Made by a program: the position numbers and the translations under genes. Below the pieces are notes generated by a model. It saw nothing but the letters and a program-made list of their open reading frames with translations, had not been told where the DNA came from and did not search any database. Shown piece after piece: positions 1 through 10,546 of a stretch of DNA of 64,000 bases; position 1 is the first letter of the stretch, and every line of letters begins with the position of its first letter. The stretch is from a virus (taxonomy: Duplodnaviria; Caudoviricetes). Location of the stretch: IMG/VR virus record IMGVR_UViG_3300017902_000306, positions 10,083 through 74,082 of that record, one strand, 5' to 3'.

Positions 1-3000
1 GATGGCCTCAACAAAAGATTTGATGCGGGCGAAACACTTACAGTATCTTCAACGAACGCTGATAGAAACGGTGATACTTTCATAGTAAACAGTGATACAA
101 GTCTAACTCTTGCTGCAAACAATTTCTATGGTCAGATTATTGACTTTACTATTCCAGAGGGTGTGATCTACGCACAGGGTAGGTTTGTAAAACACGAAAC
201 ACAAACCATTCGTCTGGATGACTACACTGCTCGAGTAAATTACTTCATTGGTGTCATTCTCAAAGAGGAAATTATTACTTCAGATGATGATGCCACTCTC
301 CTTGACCCAGCGACAGGTGCTTTCAACTATAATGCCCCAGGCGCAGATAGGACAAAAATAACAACTGAAATTGCAAAAGTTCCTTTTGCTAAAGAATACG
401 CACAGAGCACAGCTTATCAATTGGGTGACTCTGTTTCATTTGACAATAATGTATACACCGTAACCACTGCTGGAACATCCCCCTCATCTGGTGGAGAACC
501 AGTTCATACCAGTGGTTCTGTGACAAGTGGTTCCGTAGAATTTACTTTTTTCCAATTTCCAGATAACTTTACTGCCGTTTACAAAGTCGTAAATGGTCAC
601 CTACAGAAGAAGATAAACGAAGACGTTTCTAAACTTGCAGAGTTGGGTAAAGTTCTTGCAAAGAGAACAATGGAAGAATCTGGTAACTATGTTATCGAAC
701 CTTTCACCCTTGAAATTATTGAACACCTCAAGACTGTTAAGGGAACAACTTTCAATACCTCTACCAATACTGCTTACAGTTTGCGAGAACTTGTAAACCA
801 CAGTGGTAATCTCTACGAGGTAACAAAAGCAGGAACAGCTACTGCTGCATCCCCACCCGTTCATACTGGTGGAACGACTGTTATAAGTGGAACGGTTTCG
901 TTTACCCACAGAGGTGCTTCTTATCGAATTGATAACGAAGGATACAAGTATTCTAATGATCCTAGTGATCCAGGCTCTGCTGATCACGTTGTTGCAAAAG
1001 TTGCCCCAGGCATCGCATATGTAGAAGGATATCGCAGAGAGTTTATAGAAAATACTTTCGTAAAAATCCGAAAGGGAACCAGCACAAAGATTGAAGAAGG
1101 TCTGGATGTAAACCTTGGATATGGTAACTACGTTGATGTTGATGAAGTTGTTGGTGAGTGGGATTTAGAAAACGGTTCTCTTGTTGAAATTGCATACAAT
1201 GGTTCGCTTGGAAGTCAAACTGGTTCTGCGGCCGCAACGGGTGCTGGTAGTGGAACATCCGCACCAGCAAATGTTATCGGAACTGCTAGAGTAAGACAGG
1301 TGCAGTGGTTGAGTGGAACCCCAGGCGCTGCAGCATGTCAATATAGAGTTTTCCTTTACGATATAAAAATTAATACTGGTGATTTTGAAGACGCAACTGT
1401 TATTCATCACTCTGCTGGTGCAACAAATTCTGCTTTTGCTGATATAAAACTTGAAGGTGGAGCGACTCACGCTGCTGGTGGTAAAGCAAAACTTAGAGCA
1501 GTTGCACAGAATAGAATGGTCTTCCCATGTCCATGGCGTGCGACAAAAACCTTATACGCTGCTGGGGGTGGAACACTAGATACTGCTTATCTGTATAGAG
1601 AGGAATTCAACGTATCGTCACTATCAGATGGAACGTTTTCTTTGAATCTTGCTGGTCTTGGATCAGAGTTTACTTTCCCCGTTGGAAGTGGTGCTCTTCA
1701 AAGTCAGTGTGACGCAGCCTTCTATGTAGTAAACAATGGTAGTGCGGTGACAATAAACAGTGTTTCCGTTGCTGCTGGTAAAGTGATTAGAATTACTCCT
1801 TCAATGATTCTGGGAACTTCTACTACAACTCAATTGAACTTTGATTTGGGAACCGTGAGTGGTGCGGTTGACCTTTACATTCAAGCAAAAGTAAAAGTCA
1901 CCGATGCTCCTCCTGTAACGAAGAATCTAAATCAAGGTAGGTATGTAAAAATCCGCACCGTAGATGCTGCGAATGGTGCTAACGGCCCTTGGAGTTTGGG
2001 TATACCAGATGTCAAAGAAATTGAATCTGTTTTCATTGCTCCAGGCGATAGACAAGATGGATATTTTGATGATTCTGATGATCCACAGGATTACAAGGAT
2101 CAATTTATTCTTGACAATGGACAGAGAGATAATCTATACGGACACGCACAACTTATCAAGAAAGGTAGTAGTAGTCAAGACCTCACTGACAAACTATTGA
2201 CTATCAAATTAAAACACTACGTCCCAGACTACAGTAGTTCAAACGGAACTTACTTTGCCAAGAACTCTTATCCTGTTGATGATACTGGATCAACTGGTAT
2301 CTATACTTTTGAGATTCCAATTTACAGATCACAACTTTTGGGAAGTATTGATTTACGAGATGCAATTGACTTCAGACCATATGCAAAATCTGTTGCTGCA
2401 TCCTCATCTACTCTTGCTGGTGCTACAGAGAACCCTTACAGAACTGATAAACTAGATACACCTTCTGGTGGTGTTCACTTCCCGATTCCTTCTGCGTCTT
2501 TCACAACTGACGTAGAATACTACCTACCCAGAACAGATAGACTTTACATTGGTCGAAACGGAAACTTGAGAATCGTTGAAGGTGTGTCCGACATACCATC
2601 AAAACCACCTGTATTGAAACAGGGTATGCAAGTTGCAGAAATCCGTATACCACCTTTCCCGTCTGTTGCTAAAAAGGTAGGACAAAAATTTGGTCGTATC
2701 GAAAGTGCTGTTACTTTCTTCTTGAAAGGACAGGACAAACGATACACTATGAAAGATATCGGTTCAATCGAAAAACGAATTGACCGACTAGAATACTATC
2801 TTGCACTGTCTCTTATGGAGATGCAAGCGAAAGATAAAGTTATCTTGGATGCAAATGGCAACGACAGATTTAAGAACGGTATCTATGTGAATCCGTTTGA
2901 TAGTGATCTGTTGAGTGATATTGCTGATCCAAGTTACAACGCTGCCTATCACTCTACGCACAAACTGTGTGAACCGAACTATGTTGAATCTGAAATCTCA

Positions 3001-6000
3001 ATGCAGATTAATCCAGACCACGATAGTAGTGGATGGGCTAGAATGGGACAACATATCACCAGACCATATGAGAAGATTGGTGTTTTTGAAAATCGTTTTG
3101 CTACGAAGACAAGAAATCTAGTTGGTGAGTTGTTGTTTAACTTCACTGGTAAGATGGACTTGTTTCCACGATCAGATAATTTCCCAGATGATGTTACACC
3201 ACTACAACCAATGAATCTAACCGCTAGTAATCAAGCGGATATTCAGGCTGTTGCTGCTAGTGTAAACTCCTCCAAGAATGTGGTTGGTTCAACTACAACG
3301 TTTGAAATGGGTGCAGTAAATAGTGCTGGTCAATTTGTTGCTGGTGGTGTAAACACAAACACTCAGAAAGTAGAATTTACTCCCGCTGAAGGTTCTGATG
3401 GATCGTTCAGTGACACTGGACATGGAGCGGTTATTGGTGGTCTACCAGAAACAATGACAACACCTAGACCTGGCGGCGGTTGGTTTCAAGAAATTTCAGA
3501 AGGTAAAACAGCGGTTAATGCTAGTGGTGAAGTTGTAGTAAGTGGTTCTTATGACCAGACAGTGAGCTCGCAAGATATCATGTCTAGCACCACGGAATAC
3601 TTATTGACTGCTAGTGCTCAATCTGCTGGTTCCTTGAACTTCAACATAGGAAATGTTGTCAGGGATGTATCTTTGTTACCATTCATGCGTTCTAAGATGA
3701 TTGGTGTAAGATGTAGTATGTTGAAACCCAACACAAGAATGTATGTATACTTTGATGATCAGGAAGTAACAGATCGTTGCACACCGTGTAATACGGATAC
3801 TGGAACTACGTTTGATTCTTTGATTCCAACGTTTGTTGATAATCAACAGAGTGCAGGATGGTGTTTCGCTGGGTCAACTAAAGGCAATTCCATGACCCAA
3901 CACATTGGTAATCTTGTTACCGATGCAAACGGTGATCTGGCATTTATGTATTTCCTAGAGGGTGGTAGACATCCAGTTGGAACACGAAGAATGTTTGTTG
4001 TTGACGATCCTACAAATCGTGACAACTTTATCACCACTTCTGCTGAGACACAATACTCCGCATTTGGTTTACACACCACTACACAAGAAGTCAGTCTGAC
4101 TGCTGAACTTTACACTGTTCAGTATGGAACTACCACGGGTTCAACCTCTACAGGTAAGGTTGGAAGTGTTGTCACTGATGTTGTAAACAGTAATGCGGAA
4201 ATCAGTGTTGATGTCAAAGATTTTGAAGTTGGTATTGATATTACACAACCAGAATATATTTTCCACCCACCGATACGATTCGGTGACCCCGTTGCACAAA
4301 GTTTCACTGTGGCACAATCGCCTACTGAAGTATTCTTGTCAGAGATTAAAGTTTGGTTTAGGTCTAGGCCTGGTCAGAGAGACAATATTACTAACTCAGC
4401 TACTGATCCTGCTACTACTGGAACTGGTCGAAGTGTAGAAATGCAGATCAGATTGTGTAACGAAGCTGGTATGCCTACTAGAACGGTTATTGGTAGTTGC
4501 ACACTGCCTCACGATCAAATTAAAACCACTCCAGATTTGTCGGGTGGACAGGCAACAAACTTTGATTACAGGGATCAATTCTCAACAAACTTCCAGTTTG
4601 GAGTAGCACCTTCAAATGCTGTGGGCGGTGCAGAATCGGGAACACCTGTTGTTCTTGACCCCGCTAAGGAATATGCCTTTGTTCTTATCCCTGCCAACAA
4701 TGACCCAAGTTATGAAGTTTGGTGTTCTAAGTTGGGTGAGGTCAAAATCGGAACACAGGCAGACAGAGTTACTGCTGAAGACGCATATCACGGTATGTTG
4801 TTCACTTCATCGAATAACAGAACTTGGACTCCGCATCAACAAGAGGACATGAAGTTTGTTCTATCTGCTTGGTCATTTGCTACAGGAACGGGAACAGTAG
4901 AAGTAGTGAACGAACACCAAGAGTTTATTACTGGTAAAGATTACGTTGGTGGTAAGGGTGATGTTACGAAACCAGGCGAGTGGTTCAGTTTCAAACCGAC
5001 AATCACAACTGCTGGTTCTGGATACGTTGTTGGTGAAAGGATTACTCTAAACACCACTCGGGCAAATTGTCCGAAAGGAATTATTCTTGAAGTCACATCT
5101 GTAAACGGTTCTGGTGGTGTTACTGGTATCAAACCAATACAGTGGCATGATGGAACACAGGCATCGTTTGAAGCGAAACCTTATACTCTGGGTGCCACCA
5201 CAGTTGGTGGAACTACCACTGACTTTACTCAGGCCAGCACGACTGCGGTGGGTGCTAGTTTCACATGTAATCTAAAACCAAAACACATGATCTTGAAGAA
5301 GTTTGATCCTCAGAAAGATGAGTATGACTTCTTGTTGCCTCCTACTTCAAACGTTCTCAACATTGCGAATGTTCTTGCTGGTGACACTGATCTATTGTTA
5401 CCGAAAGTTGATGATCTGTGGTTCAATGATATTGTTGGACGCAGAAGTTTCTATGTCGCAACCGCTGGAAACAAAAAGAAAATAAACTTGTCCAAGACGA
5501 ATATGACGGTCAAGGAATTTGATGGTGCTGATATTAATATCACAAGGGCATCTACCAAGTCAACTGGTGTTTCTGCTCGTGGAACCACTTTCGTAAACTT
5601 GACACCGACACAGTTTAGAGGCATGCCAGAAGAGCACGCAATCTATTCATTGAGTGAAGAACTTGGATTTACTGGTTCTGATATCATGTCGAAGAAGTCT
5701 TACAGACACAGAGTTGCTTTGACAAACACAGACGCAAACGTGTCGCCTATTTTGAATCCATCTCGACTCTCCGCAAACGTGAGAAGTTATGTGATCAACA
5801 ACGACAGCACCAACGAAACCAACCCTCTTGGTGGTAGTGCTAAGTCTAGGTTTATCAGTAAGATTGTCAAACTTGCAGATGGTCAAGAGGCAGAAGATTT
5901 AAGATTGTCTCTCGCTAAGTTTACTCCAATAAGTAGTGCTATCAAAGTATACTTCAAGGGTCTGCACGAATCTGATGATTCTGACATCCGCAGAGAGAAA

Positions 6001-6651
6001 GATTGGGTTCAAATGGAGTTTGCCGATGTAAACCCACAAGGCGCTTCCGAATCCACTAATCAGTTTATTGATTTGGACTTCAAGTTGCCGAGCAGCGCAC
6101 TCAACGCTAGTGGACAGTTCGCATACACCACACGAAGAATTGATGCGGTTACAATTACAAGTGCTGGAACAGGATATCCTCTACTTTCAGACGCACCAAT
6201 TTTTGTCTCCACTGCTGACGGAAATGGCGCAGAGATAGAAGCGACTGCCTTGAATGGCACTGGTGGAATCACTGCTGTAGAGATTGTCAATCCTGGCCGT
6301 GGATTTAGTTCAACGCCTCCGACAATCACCGTTGGTGTAACACATGGTGTAAGTCGAGAGTATGGAATAAACCAAGTTGTTGCTAACGCTGGTAAGATTT
6401 ATAGAACTACTACTAGTGGAACAACTGGTGCAGCTTCTGCTTCAAGCGCACCCACACATACTTCTGGAACTGTTGCAGATGGAACTTGTAATTGGACACA
6501 CCTTGGAAATCAGGCAACCATGACATGCACCGTTGCTTCTGTGGAATATACTGGATTCAAATACTTCCAGTGTAAAGTTGTCTTCTTGTCTTCTAACACT
6601 TCAGTCATTCCGAGAATCAAACAACTCAGAATGATTGCTTTACAGGCGTAA
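1..6651 (+). CDS. Giant virion structural protein, VrlC/DUF4815-like (5' truncated)
   Basis: Frame 1 is open from base 1 (DGLNKRFDAGET...) into the listed 2162-aa ORF. Motifs RTxEESGNYVIEPF, YYLPRTDRL, RYTMKDIGSIEKRIDRLEYY, DRFKNGIYVNPF and C-terminal IPRIKQLRMIAL are typical of this T4-like family. Confidence 0.8.
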   Translation, partial: DGLNKRFDAGETLTVSSTNADRNGDTFIVNSDTSLTLAANNFYGQIIDFTIPEGVIYAQGRFVKHETQTIRLDDYTARVNYFIGVILKEEIITSDDDATLLDPATGAFNYNAPGADRTKITTEIAKVPFAKEYAQSTAYQLGDSVSFDNNVYTVTTAGTSPSSGGEPVHTSGSVTSGSVEFTFFQFPDNFTAVYKVVNGHLQKKINEDVSKLAELGKVLAKRTMEESGNYVIEPFTLEIIEHLKTVKGTTFNTSTNTAYSLRELVNHSGNLYEVTKAGTATAASPPVHTGGTTVISGTVSFTHRGASYRIDNEGYKYSNDPSDPGSADHVVAKVAPGIAYVEGYRREFIENTFVKIRKGTSTKIEEGLDVNLGYGNYVDVDEVVGEWDLENGSLVEIAYNGSLGSQTGSAAATGAGSGTSAPANVIGTARVRQVQWLSGTPGAAACQYRVFLYDIKINTGDFEDATVIHHSAGATNSAFADIKLEGGATHAAGGKAKLRAVAQNRMVFPCPWRATKTLYAAGGGTLDTAYLYREEFNVSSLSDGTFSLNLAGLGSEFTFPVGSGALQSQCDAAFYVVNNGSAVTINSVSVAAGKVIRITPSMILGTSTTTQLNFDLGTVSGAVDLYIQAKVKVTDAPPVTKNLNQGRYVKIRTVDAANGANGPWSLGIPDVKEIESVFIAPGDRQDGYFDDSDDPQDYKDQFILDNGQRDNLYGHAQLIKKGSSSQDLTDKLLTIKLKHYVPDYSSSNGTYFAKNSYPVDDTGSTGIYTFEIPIYRSQLLGSIDLRDAIDFRPYAKSVAASSSTLAGATENPYRTDKLDTPSGGVHFPIPSASFTTDVEYYLPRTDRLYIGRNGNLRIVEGVSDIPSKPPVLKQGMQVAEIRIPPFPSVAKKVGQKFGRIESAVTFFLKGQDKRYTMKDIGSIEKRIDRLEYYLALSLMEMQAKDKVILDANGNDRFKNGIYVNPFDSDLLSDIADPSYNAAYHSTHKLCEPNYVESEISMQINPDHDSSGWARMGQHITRPYEKIGVFENRFATKTRNLVGELLFNFTGKMDLFPRSDNFPDDVTPLQPMNLTASNQADIQAVAASVNSSKNVVGSTTTFEMGAVNSAGQFVAGGVNTNTQKVEFTPAEGSDGSFSDTGHGAVIGGLPETMTTPRPGGGWFQEISEGKTAVNASGEVVVSGSYDQTVSSQDIMSSTTEYLLTASAQSAGSLNFNIGNVVRDVSLLPFMRSKMIGVRCSMLKPNTRMYVYFDDQEVTDRCTPCNTDTGTTFDSLIPTFVDNQQSAGWCFAGSTKGNSMTQHIGNLVTDANGDLAFMYFLEGGRHPVGTRRMFVVDDPTNRDNFITTSAETQYSAFGLHTTTQEVSLTAELYTVQYGTTTGSTSTGKVGSVVTDVVNSNAEISVDVKDFEVGIDITQPEYIFHPPIRFGDPVAQSFTVAQSPTEVFLSEIKVWFRSRPGQRDNITNSATDPATTGTGRSVEMQIRLCNEAGMPTRTVIGSCTLPHDQIKTTPDLSGGQATNFDYRDQFSTNFQFGVAPSNAVGGAESGTPVVLDPAKEYAFVLIPANNDPSYEVWCSKLGEVKIGTQADRVTAEDAYHGMLFTSSNNRTWTPHQQEDMKFVLSAWSFATGTGTVEVVNEHQEFITGKDYVGGKGDVTKPGEWFSFKPTITTAGSGYVVGERITLNTTRANCPKGIILEVTSVNGSGGVTGIKPIQWHDGTQASFEAKPYTLGATTVGGTTTDFTQASTTAVGASFTCNLKPKHMILKKFDPQKDEYDFLLPPTSNVLNIANVLAGDTDLLLPKVDDLWFNDIVGRRSFYVATAGNKKKINLSKTNMTVKEFDGADINITRASTKSTGVSARGTTFVNLTPTQFRGMPEEHAIYSLSEELGFTGSDIMSKKSYRHRVALTNTDANVSPILNPSRLSANVRSYVINNDSTNETNPLGGSAKSRFISKIVKLADGQEAEDLRLSLAKFTPISSAIKVYFKGLHESDDSDIRREKDWVQMEFADVNPQGASESTNQFIDLDFKLPSSALNASGQFAYTTRRIDAVTITSAGTGYPLLSDAPIFVSTADGNGAEIEATALNGTGGITAVEIVNPGRGFSSTPPTITVGVTHGVSREYGINQVVANAGKIYRTTTSGTTGAASASSAPTHTSGTVADGTCNWTHLGNQATMTCTVASVEYTGFKYFQCKVVFLSSNTSVIPRIKQLRMIALQA

Positions 6652-6656
6652 TAAAT

Positions 6657-6893
6657 ATGAGTAACAATAGAGTATCAACAGAAAATTGGGGCAGAGACCC
6701 AGATTCAGGCGCTCTAGTATCTGTGGACAACAATGGTCTCGCAGCCTATAAAGCAAGGCGTGCTAAAATGAGGCAGAAAGATTCACAGATTACGGAAATG
6801 TCAAATGATATAAATAGTCTGAAAGAAGATTTTCAAGAACTCAAGAATATCTTGTTACAGGTAATGAATTCTTATAACAAAAATGACGGATAG
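6657..6893 (+). CDS. Small conserved coiled-coil phage protein
   Basis: 78 aa; RDPDSGALVSVD followed by a coiled coil; this type usually follows VrlC-like genes in T4-like phages. Confidence 0.65.
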   Translation: MSNNRVSTENWGRDPDSGALVSVDNNGLAAYKARRAKMRQKDSQITEMSNDINSLKEDFQELKNILLQVMNSYNKNDG

Positions 6894-6901
6894 GGACTAA
6901 A

Positions 6902-7747
6902 ATGGCTACGATTACTTTAAGGTCTGCTAAAGGTTCTCCACTTACAAACACCGAGGTGGATACAAACTTTACCAACCTAAACAATGACAAGTATGAGTCT
7001 GGTGATAACGTATCAGTCGGAACCTTGACGGCCTCAGGGAATGTAACATTTGGTATCGCTGCCACTGTTTCCGCCGCTGGATCGACCCAAGGAACTGCTA
7101 CGGCACTCACCAAAACTTATAACATTGTCTCAACAGCTTCGGCTGCACAAGGTGTTGTTCTTCCTGCTGCTACGGCAGGATTAATTATTAACATTTTCAA
7201 CATTAGTGGTAACACCATCAAGGTTTACCCTACATCCACACAGACCATTGACGGTGGTAGTGCAAACGCTCCAGTAGAACTTGTTACTTCTAACGGTTCT
7301 GAGTTTGTTGGAACAGGAACAGGAACTTGGAGACAGGTTGGTTCTGGTGGTAACAACGTTGAGGACTTCACAATCAATGGAACTGCAAAGTTACTTGGCG
7401 CTCTTGAATTGGGTGTCACTGCTGCGGTATCTAGTGCTGGTTCTACGCAAGGTGATGCTACTGCTCTTACTGAGACTTTCAATAACATCACAACTGTTGG
7501 TGCATCAACTCAGGGTGTGGTTCTACCAACCGCTGCTGCTGGTCTGACAGTTATTGTTGCGAATACTACTACGTCTAACTGCAAATTGTATCCTGCTACA
7601 TCTGATACGATTGAGGGTGGATCGGCGAATGCTGCTGTGACCTTACCCGCTAAGACTACATTTACTTTGACATGTAAAGATGCTACTGATTGGACTAAAC
7701 ATAGAGGTCTCGCAGTCTATAATTCCAGTGGCACTTTGATTAACTAA
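6902..7747 (+). CDS. Fibre/virion structural protein with internal duplication
   Basis: N-terminal ITLRSAKGSPLTNTEVDTNFTNLN anchor-type motif; two copies of a ~70-aa unit SxAGSTQGxATALT...GVVLP...KxYP...TIxGGSANA. Confidence 0.7.
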   Translation: MATITLRSAKGSPLTNTEVDTNFTNLNNDKYESGDNVSVGTLTASGNVTFGIAATVSAAGSTQGTATALTKTYNIVSTASAAQGVVLPAATAGLIINIFNISGNTIKVYPTSTQTIDGGSANAPVELVTSNGSEFVGTGTGTWRQVGSGGNNVEDFTINGTAKLLGALELGVTAAVSSAGSTQGDATALTETFNNITTVGASTQGVVLPTAAAGLTVIVANTTTSNCKLYPATSDTIEGGSANAAVTLPAKTTFTLTCKDATDWTKHRGLAVYNSSGTLIN

Positions 7748-7758
7748 GGAGAACTTTA

Positions 7759-8733
7759 ATGGCAGGCCCAATAACACTTAAAGCAGGCGCCTATCCCGCC
7801 GTAGCTGACGGACTTGAGGGTTTCCAAGAGCTCACGGTTGCAGAAATTAAAAATCAGGTTGCCGGTGAGATTACTCTAAAGTTTGCTACTGACACTGACG
7901 GGTCTGGCACAGCTGAGCTCAATGTTGTAACTGGCGGTTCTGCTGGTAGTGACGAAATTGGAACTTTCACAAACAGAGAAAGACAAGAAGCAGTAGGTGT
8001 TCACCCCGCTGGTGGCGCTACTACTGACACCGTATATCGTTTTAATCAGATCAGTGCCACAGCTACTGAAAACCACGACAGACCTTTGAGATGGACTGAT
8101 ACTTCTATTGAAGAATCTACTGACTCAGAAATTGATACAGAAATCTTAGATCATTGTATTAAGGCAATGGTTGACGAAGATGCCAATACTGTAGGTCAAT
8201 ATAAAATTGACACTTCTACTCCTTCTGGTGGAACATGGACTGCTAGATATACCATCGCTGAAACTCAAGTTGATGGCACGGACGTAAACTACTACCTCTG
8301 GCAAAAAACTGCTCCTACCACTGACGCTGGCACAAACGAAAACATTCTTCTGAAAGCAAATAACACTACTGGTGCAGTAATTGAAATGGCAGAATCTAGT
8401 CTACACAAACTGGTTCCTGCCTTCCAAAACAGAATCATTGCATCTGGTATCGGAACATATCTTTTAGAATCAACGACTCCATCTGTAACTGGAACTTGGG
8501 CGCAGATGGGAGGAACCATGACCGACCAGTTGAAGGATATCACTTCCGCTAACTATGCTGGTGACTACACTGGTTCTTATGTTGGATACTACCAACGATT
8601 CTTTGGTGGATTCTTGAACGGTGCTTTCGCTGGAACCTACTCAGGAACCTTCACTGGATTTTTTGCTGGTAACACGGTTCAATCTAGTTCTTCCACCCAA
8701 GAAACAAAACAGTTGTTCGTAAGGACTGCTTAA
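7759..8733 (+). CDS. Virion structural protein (Gly/Thr-rich)
   Basis: GGAG RBS; composition and position among fibre genes; C-terminal aromatic-x-G-x tetrapeptide run. Confidence 0.6.
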   Translation: MAGPITLKAGAYPAVADGLEGFQELTVAEIKNQVAGEITLKFATDTDGSGTAELNVVTGGSAGSDEIGTFTNRERQEAVGVHPAGGATTDTVYRFNQISATATENHDRPLRWTDTSIEESTDSEIDTEILDHCIKAMVDEDANTVGQYKIDTSTPSGGTWTARYTIAETQVDGTDVNYYLWQKTAPTTDAGTNENILLKANNTTGAVIEMAESSLHKLVPAFQNRIIASGIGTYLLESTTPSVTGTWAQMGGTMTDQLKDITSANYAGDYTGSYVGYYQRFFGGFLNGAFAGTYSGTFTGFFAGNTVQSSSSTQETKQLFVRTA

Positions 8734-8736
8734 TAC

Positions 8737-8765
8737 TTGACATATATATTTGAAGGGAGTATAAT
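8737..8765 (+). promoter_or_regulatory. sigma70-type promoter
   Basis: TTGACA-17 bp-TATAAT, perfect consensus, upstream of ORF 8786. Confidence 0.8.
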
Positions 8766-8785
8766 ATATACTCCCACTATTTACA

Positions 8786-9247
8786 ATGAGGAACATTATG
8801 GATCAGCCAAAATATAGAAATCCACGTTGGATTGATAAAAATGAGCGCCGTGTCTGGTGCGAAATCCTAGTCGGACAAAAATACCACCCCTGTGTCATCA
8901 ATGTTGGAAACGAATCTGAAGGTCTTGTCAATAAAGACTTTGATGCGATCATGGAAGAATTCGGCCCAGAAGTATTGGACGAAAATCTAAAACTCTATGA
9001 AGAACATGTCGATGAACAAAGACAGAAAGAAGACGAAGCACGAGAAGTTCATATAAACAGAGTCAAACAAGAAACTCTGTTTGAGATGAAACTTGAAGCA
9101 TTTGAATCTGACCTGATAAAAAACTCCAAAGATAAAGAACTCAAAAAGATGATAAGAAAAGCAAAAACTCTCATTGAGGTTCAGGCCTTTTCAACCATCT
9201 TGATACAGAAAGAGTTGGAGTTACAAAGTGTCGGCAGCGATACATAG
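8786..9247 (+). CDS. Hypothetical protein
   Basis: 153-aa ORF with GAGG upstream; charged helical C-terminus. Confidence 0.65.
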   Translation: MRNIMDQPKYRNPRWIDKNERRVWCEILVGQKYHPCVINVGNESEGLVNKDFDAIMEEFGPEVLDENLKLYEEHVDEQRQKEDEAREVHINRVKQETLFEMKLEAFESDLIKNSKDKELKKMIRKAKTLIEVQAFSTILIQKELELQSVGSDT

Positions 9248-9941
9248 TATACCGCACTGTGGTTATCTGTATGTTGCAACGGTAAGACATGAATACTATA
9301 TTGCAGCAAAGAGATCGGCAAAGTCTCTCCTAGATTTTTACCCAGAAGCAAAGATTGCTCTTTTTACTTTGCCAGAATGGGTAGAGGAAGAAGATCACGA
9401 AATCTTTGAACACATTAGGACTGACGGCCCAAACCATGTAAGGACTAAACTATGGGCGTTGGCGCATACTCCCTACTACAAGACAATGTATGTGGACTGC
9501 GACACGTTCATTCAACACGAGGACATATCAACCGTCTTTGATTATCTTGGTGACAATGATATCATCTTCACTCGGAATCGTCCTTACAATGCGAAGATAA
9601 CAAAACTAAACGACACGGAAGAAATGATATACCATTGTGGTATATTCGTTTACAAGAAAACAAAGAATACGCTGTCCTTGATGTTGGATTGGTATGAAAG
9701 ATATCTTGAACAGGTAGCGCCTGGGTTTGATCCCTCTCCGTATTCGGAACGGGTGAGACCTTGGGACACATTCACTATGTGGTATCTACTGAACAAAACG
9801 GAATATAAAGACACTATCAAGGTTGGTGACTTTCCAAGTCCAGATGCACGATGGAACTTTTGCATGGGACAAAAACCAGAGGAGTTGATGGGAGAGGATG
9901 TGATCATTAGTCACTACACCATCAGCAGAGTAAATATATGA
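9228..9941 (+). CDS. GT-A fold glycosyltransferase (GT8-like)
   Basis: RTKLWAL...PYYKTMYVDCDT (DxD motif), CGIFVY, WDTFTMW, RWN motifs. Confidence 0.65.
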   Translation: MSAAIHSIPHCGYLYVATVRHEYYIAAKRSAKSLLDFYPEAKIALFTLPEWVEEEDHEIFEHIRTDGPNHVRTKLWALAHTPYYKTMYVDCDTFIQHEDISTVFDYLGDNDIIFTRNRPYNAKITKLNDTEEMIYHCGIFVYKKTKNTLSLMLDWYERYLEQVAPGFDPSPYSERVRPWDTFTMWYLLNKTEYKDTIKVGDFPSPDARWNFCMGQKPEELMGEDVIISHYTISRVNI

Positions 9942-10546
9942 GACCCATTTCAATCAACAGTGATTTGACTAGAATGTTGGACGATTACATAAATTGGTTC
10001 AACAAAAAAGATTTTGATTTGCCGATGGATGAAAAGAGGTTCGGCGACAGGGACATGGAGTATTACTGTTCCAAAGAATATCTTGACCATGTAATGTCTG
10101 AATCGAAGAAACACAGAGGCCCTCCAGAGTATGCGAAGGTATGTGACTTTCATTTGACACACAAGACACCACAACAGGCAAGAGAAAAGTCATTAGAATT
10201 TTGTAAGGACTTGGCTGCATATCTTGGCGCCAAGTTTACCGCAGTTCACGTTTACTATCCCGAAGGTGGATATATGTCGTGGCATAACAATTGGGACTGT
10301 CCAGGCTACAATATACTACTATCTCATAGTGATGGTGGTGGATTCTTCAAGTATCTCACTGAAGATGGTTCTATTGAAACAATGAACGATCCTGCCGGAT
10401 GGAACGCAAAGGTTGGATATTACGGTGGCAAAGATGATCCATACTGGCACTGTGCTGGTTCTACTAGTCCTAGACAGACAATCGGATTTGTTATCCCCGA
10501 CAAGGACATGTGGGAAATGATGATAGAGGATATCAGTTATGCTTAG
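9938..10546 (+). CDS. Putative 2OG-Fe(II)/cupin-fold oxygenase
   Basis: YYPEGGYMSWHNN ... YWHCAG ... RQTIGF resembles the double-stranded beta-helix oxygenase pattern. Confidence 0.5.
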   Translation: MRPISINSDLTRMLDDYINWFNKKDFDLPMDEKRFGDRDMEYYCSKEYLDHVMSESKKHRGPPEYAKVCDFHLTHKTPQQAREKSLEFCKDLAAYLGAKFTAVHVYYPEGGYMSWHNNWDCPGYNILLSHSDGGGFFKYLTEDGSIETMNDPAGWNAKVGYYGGKDDPYWHCAGSTSPRQTIGFVIPDKDMWEMMIEDISYA

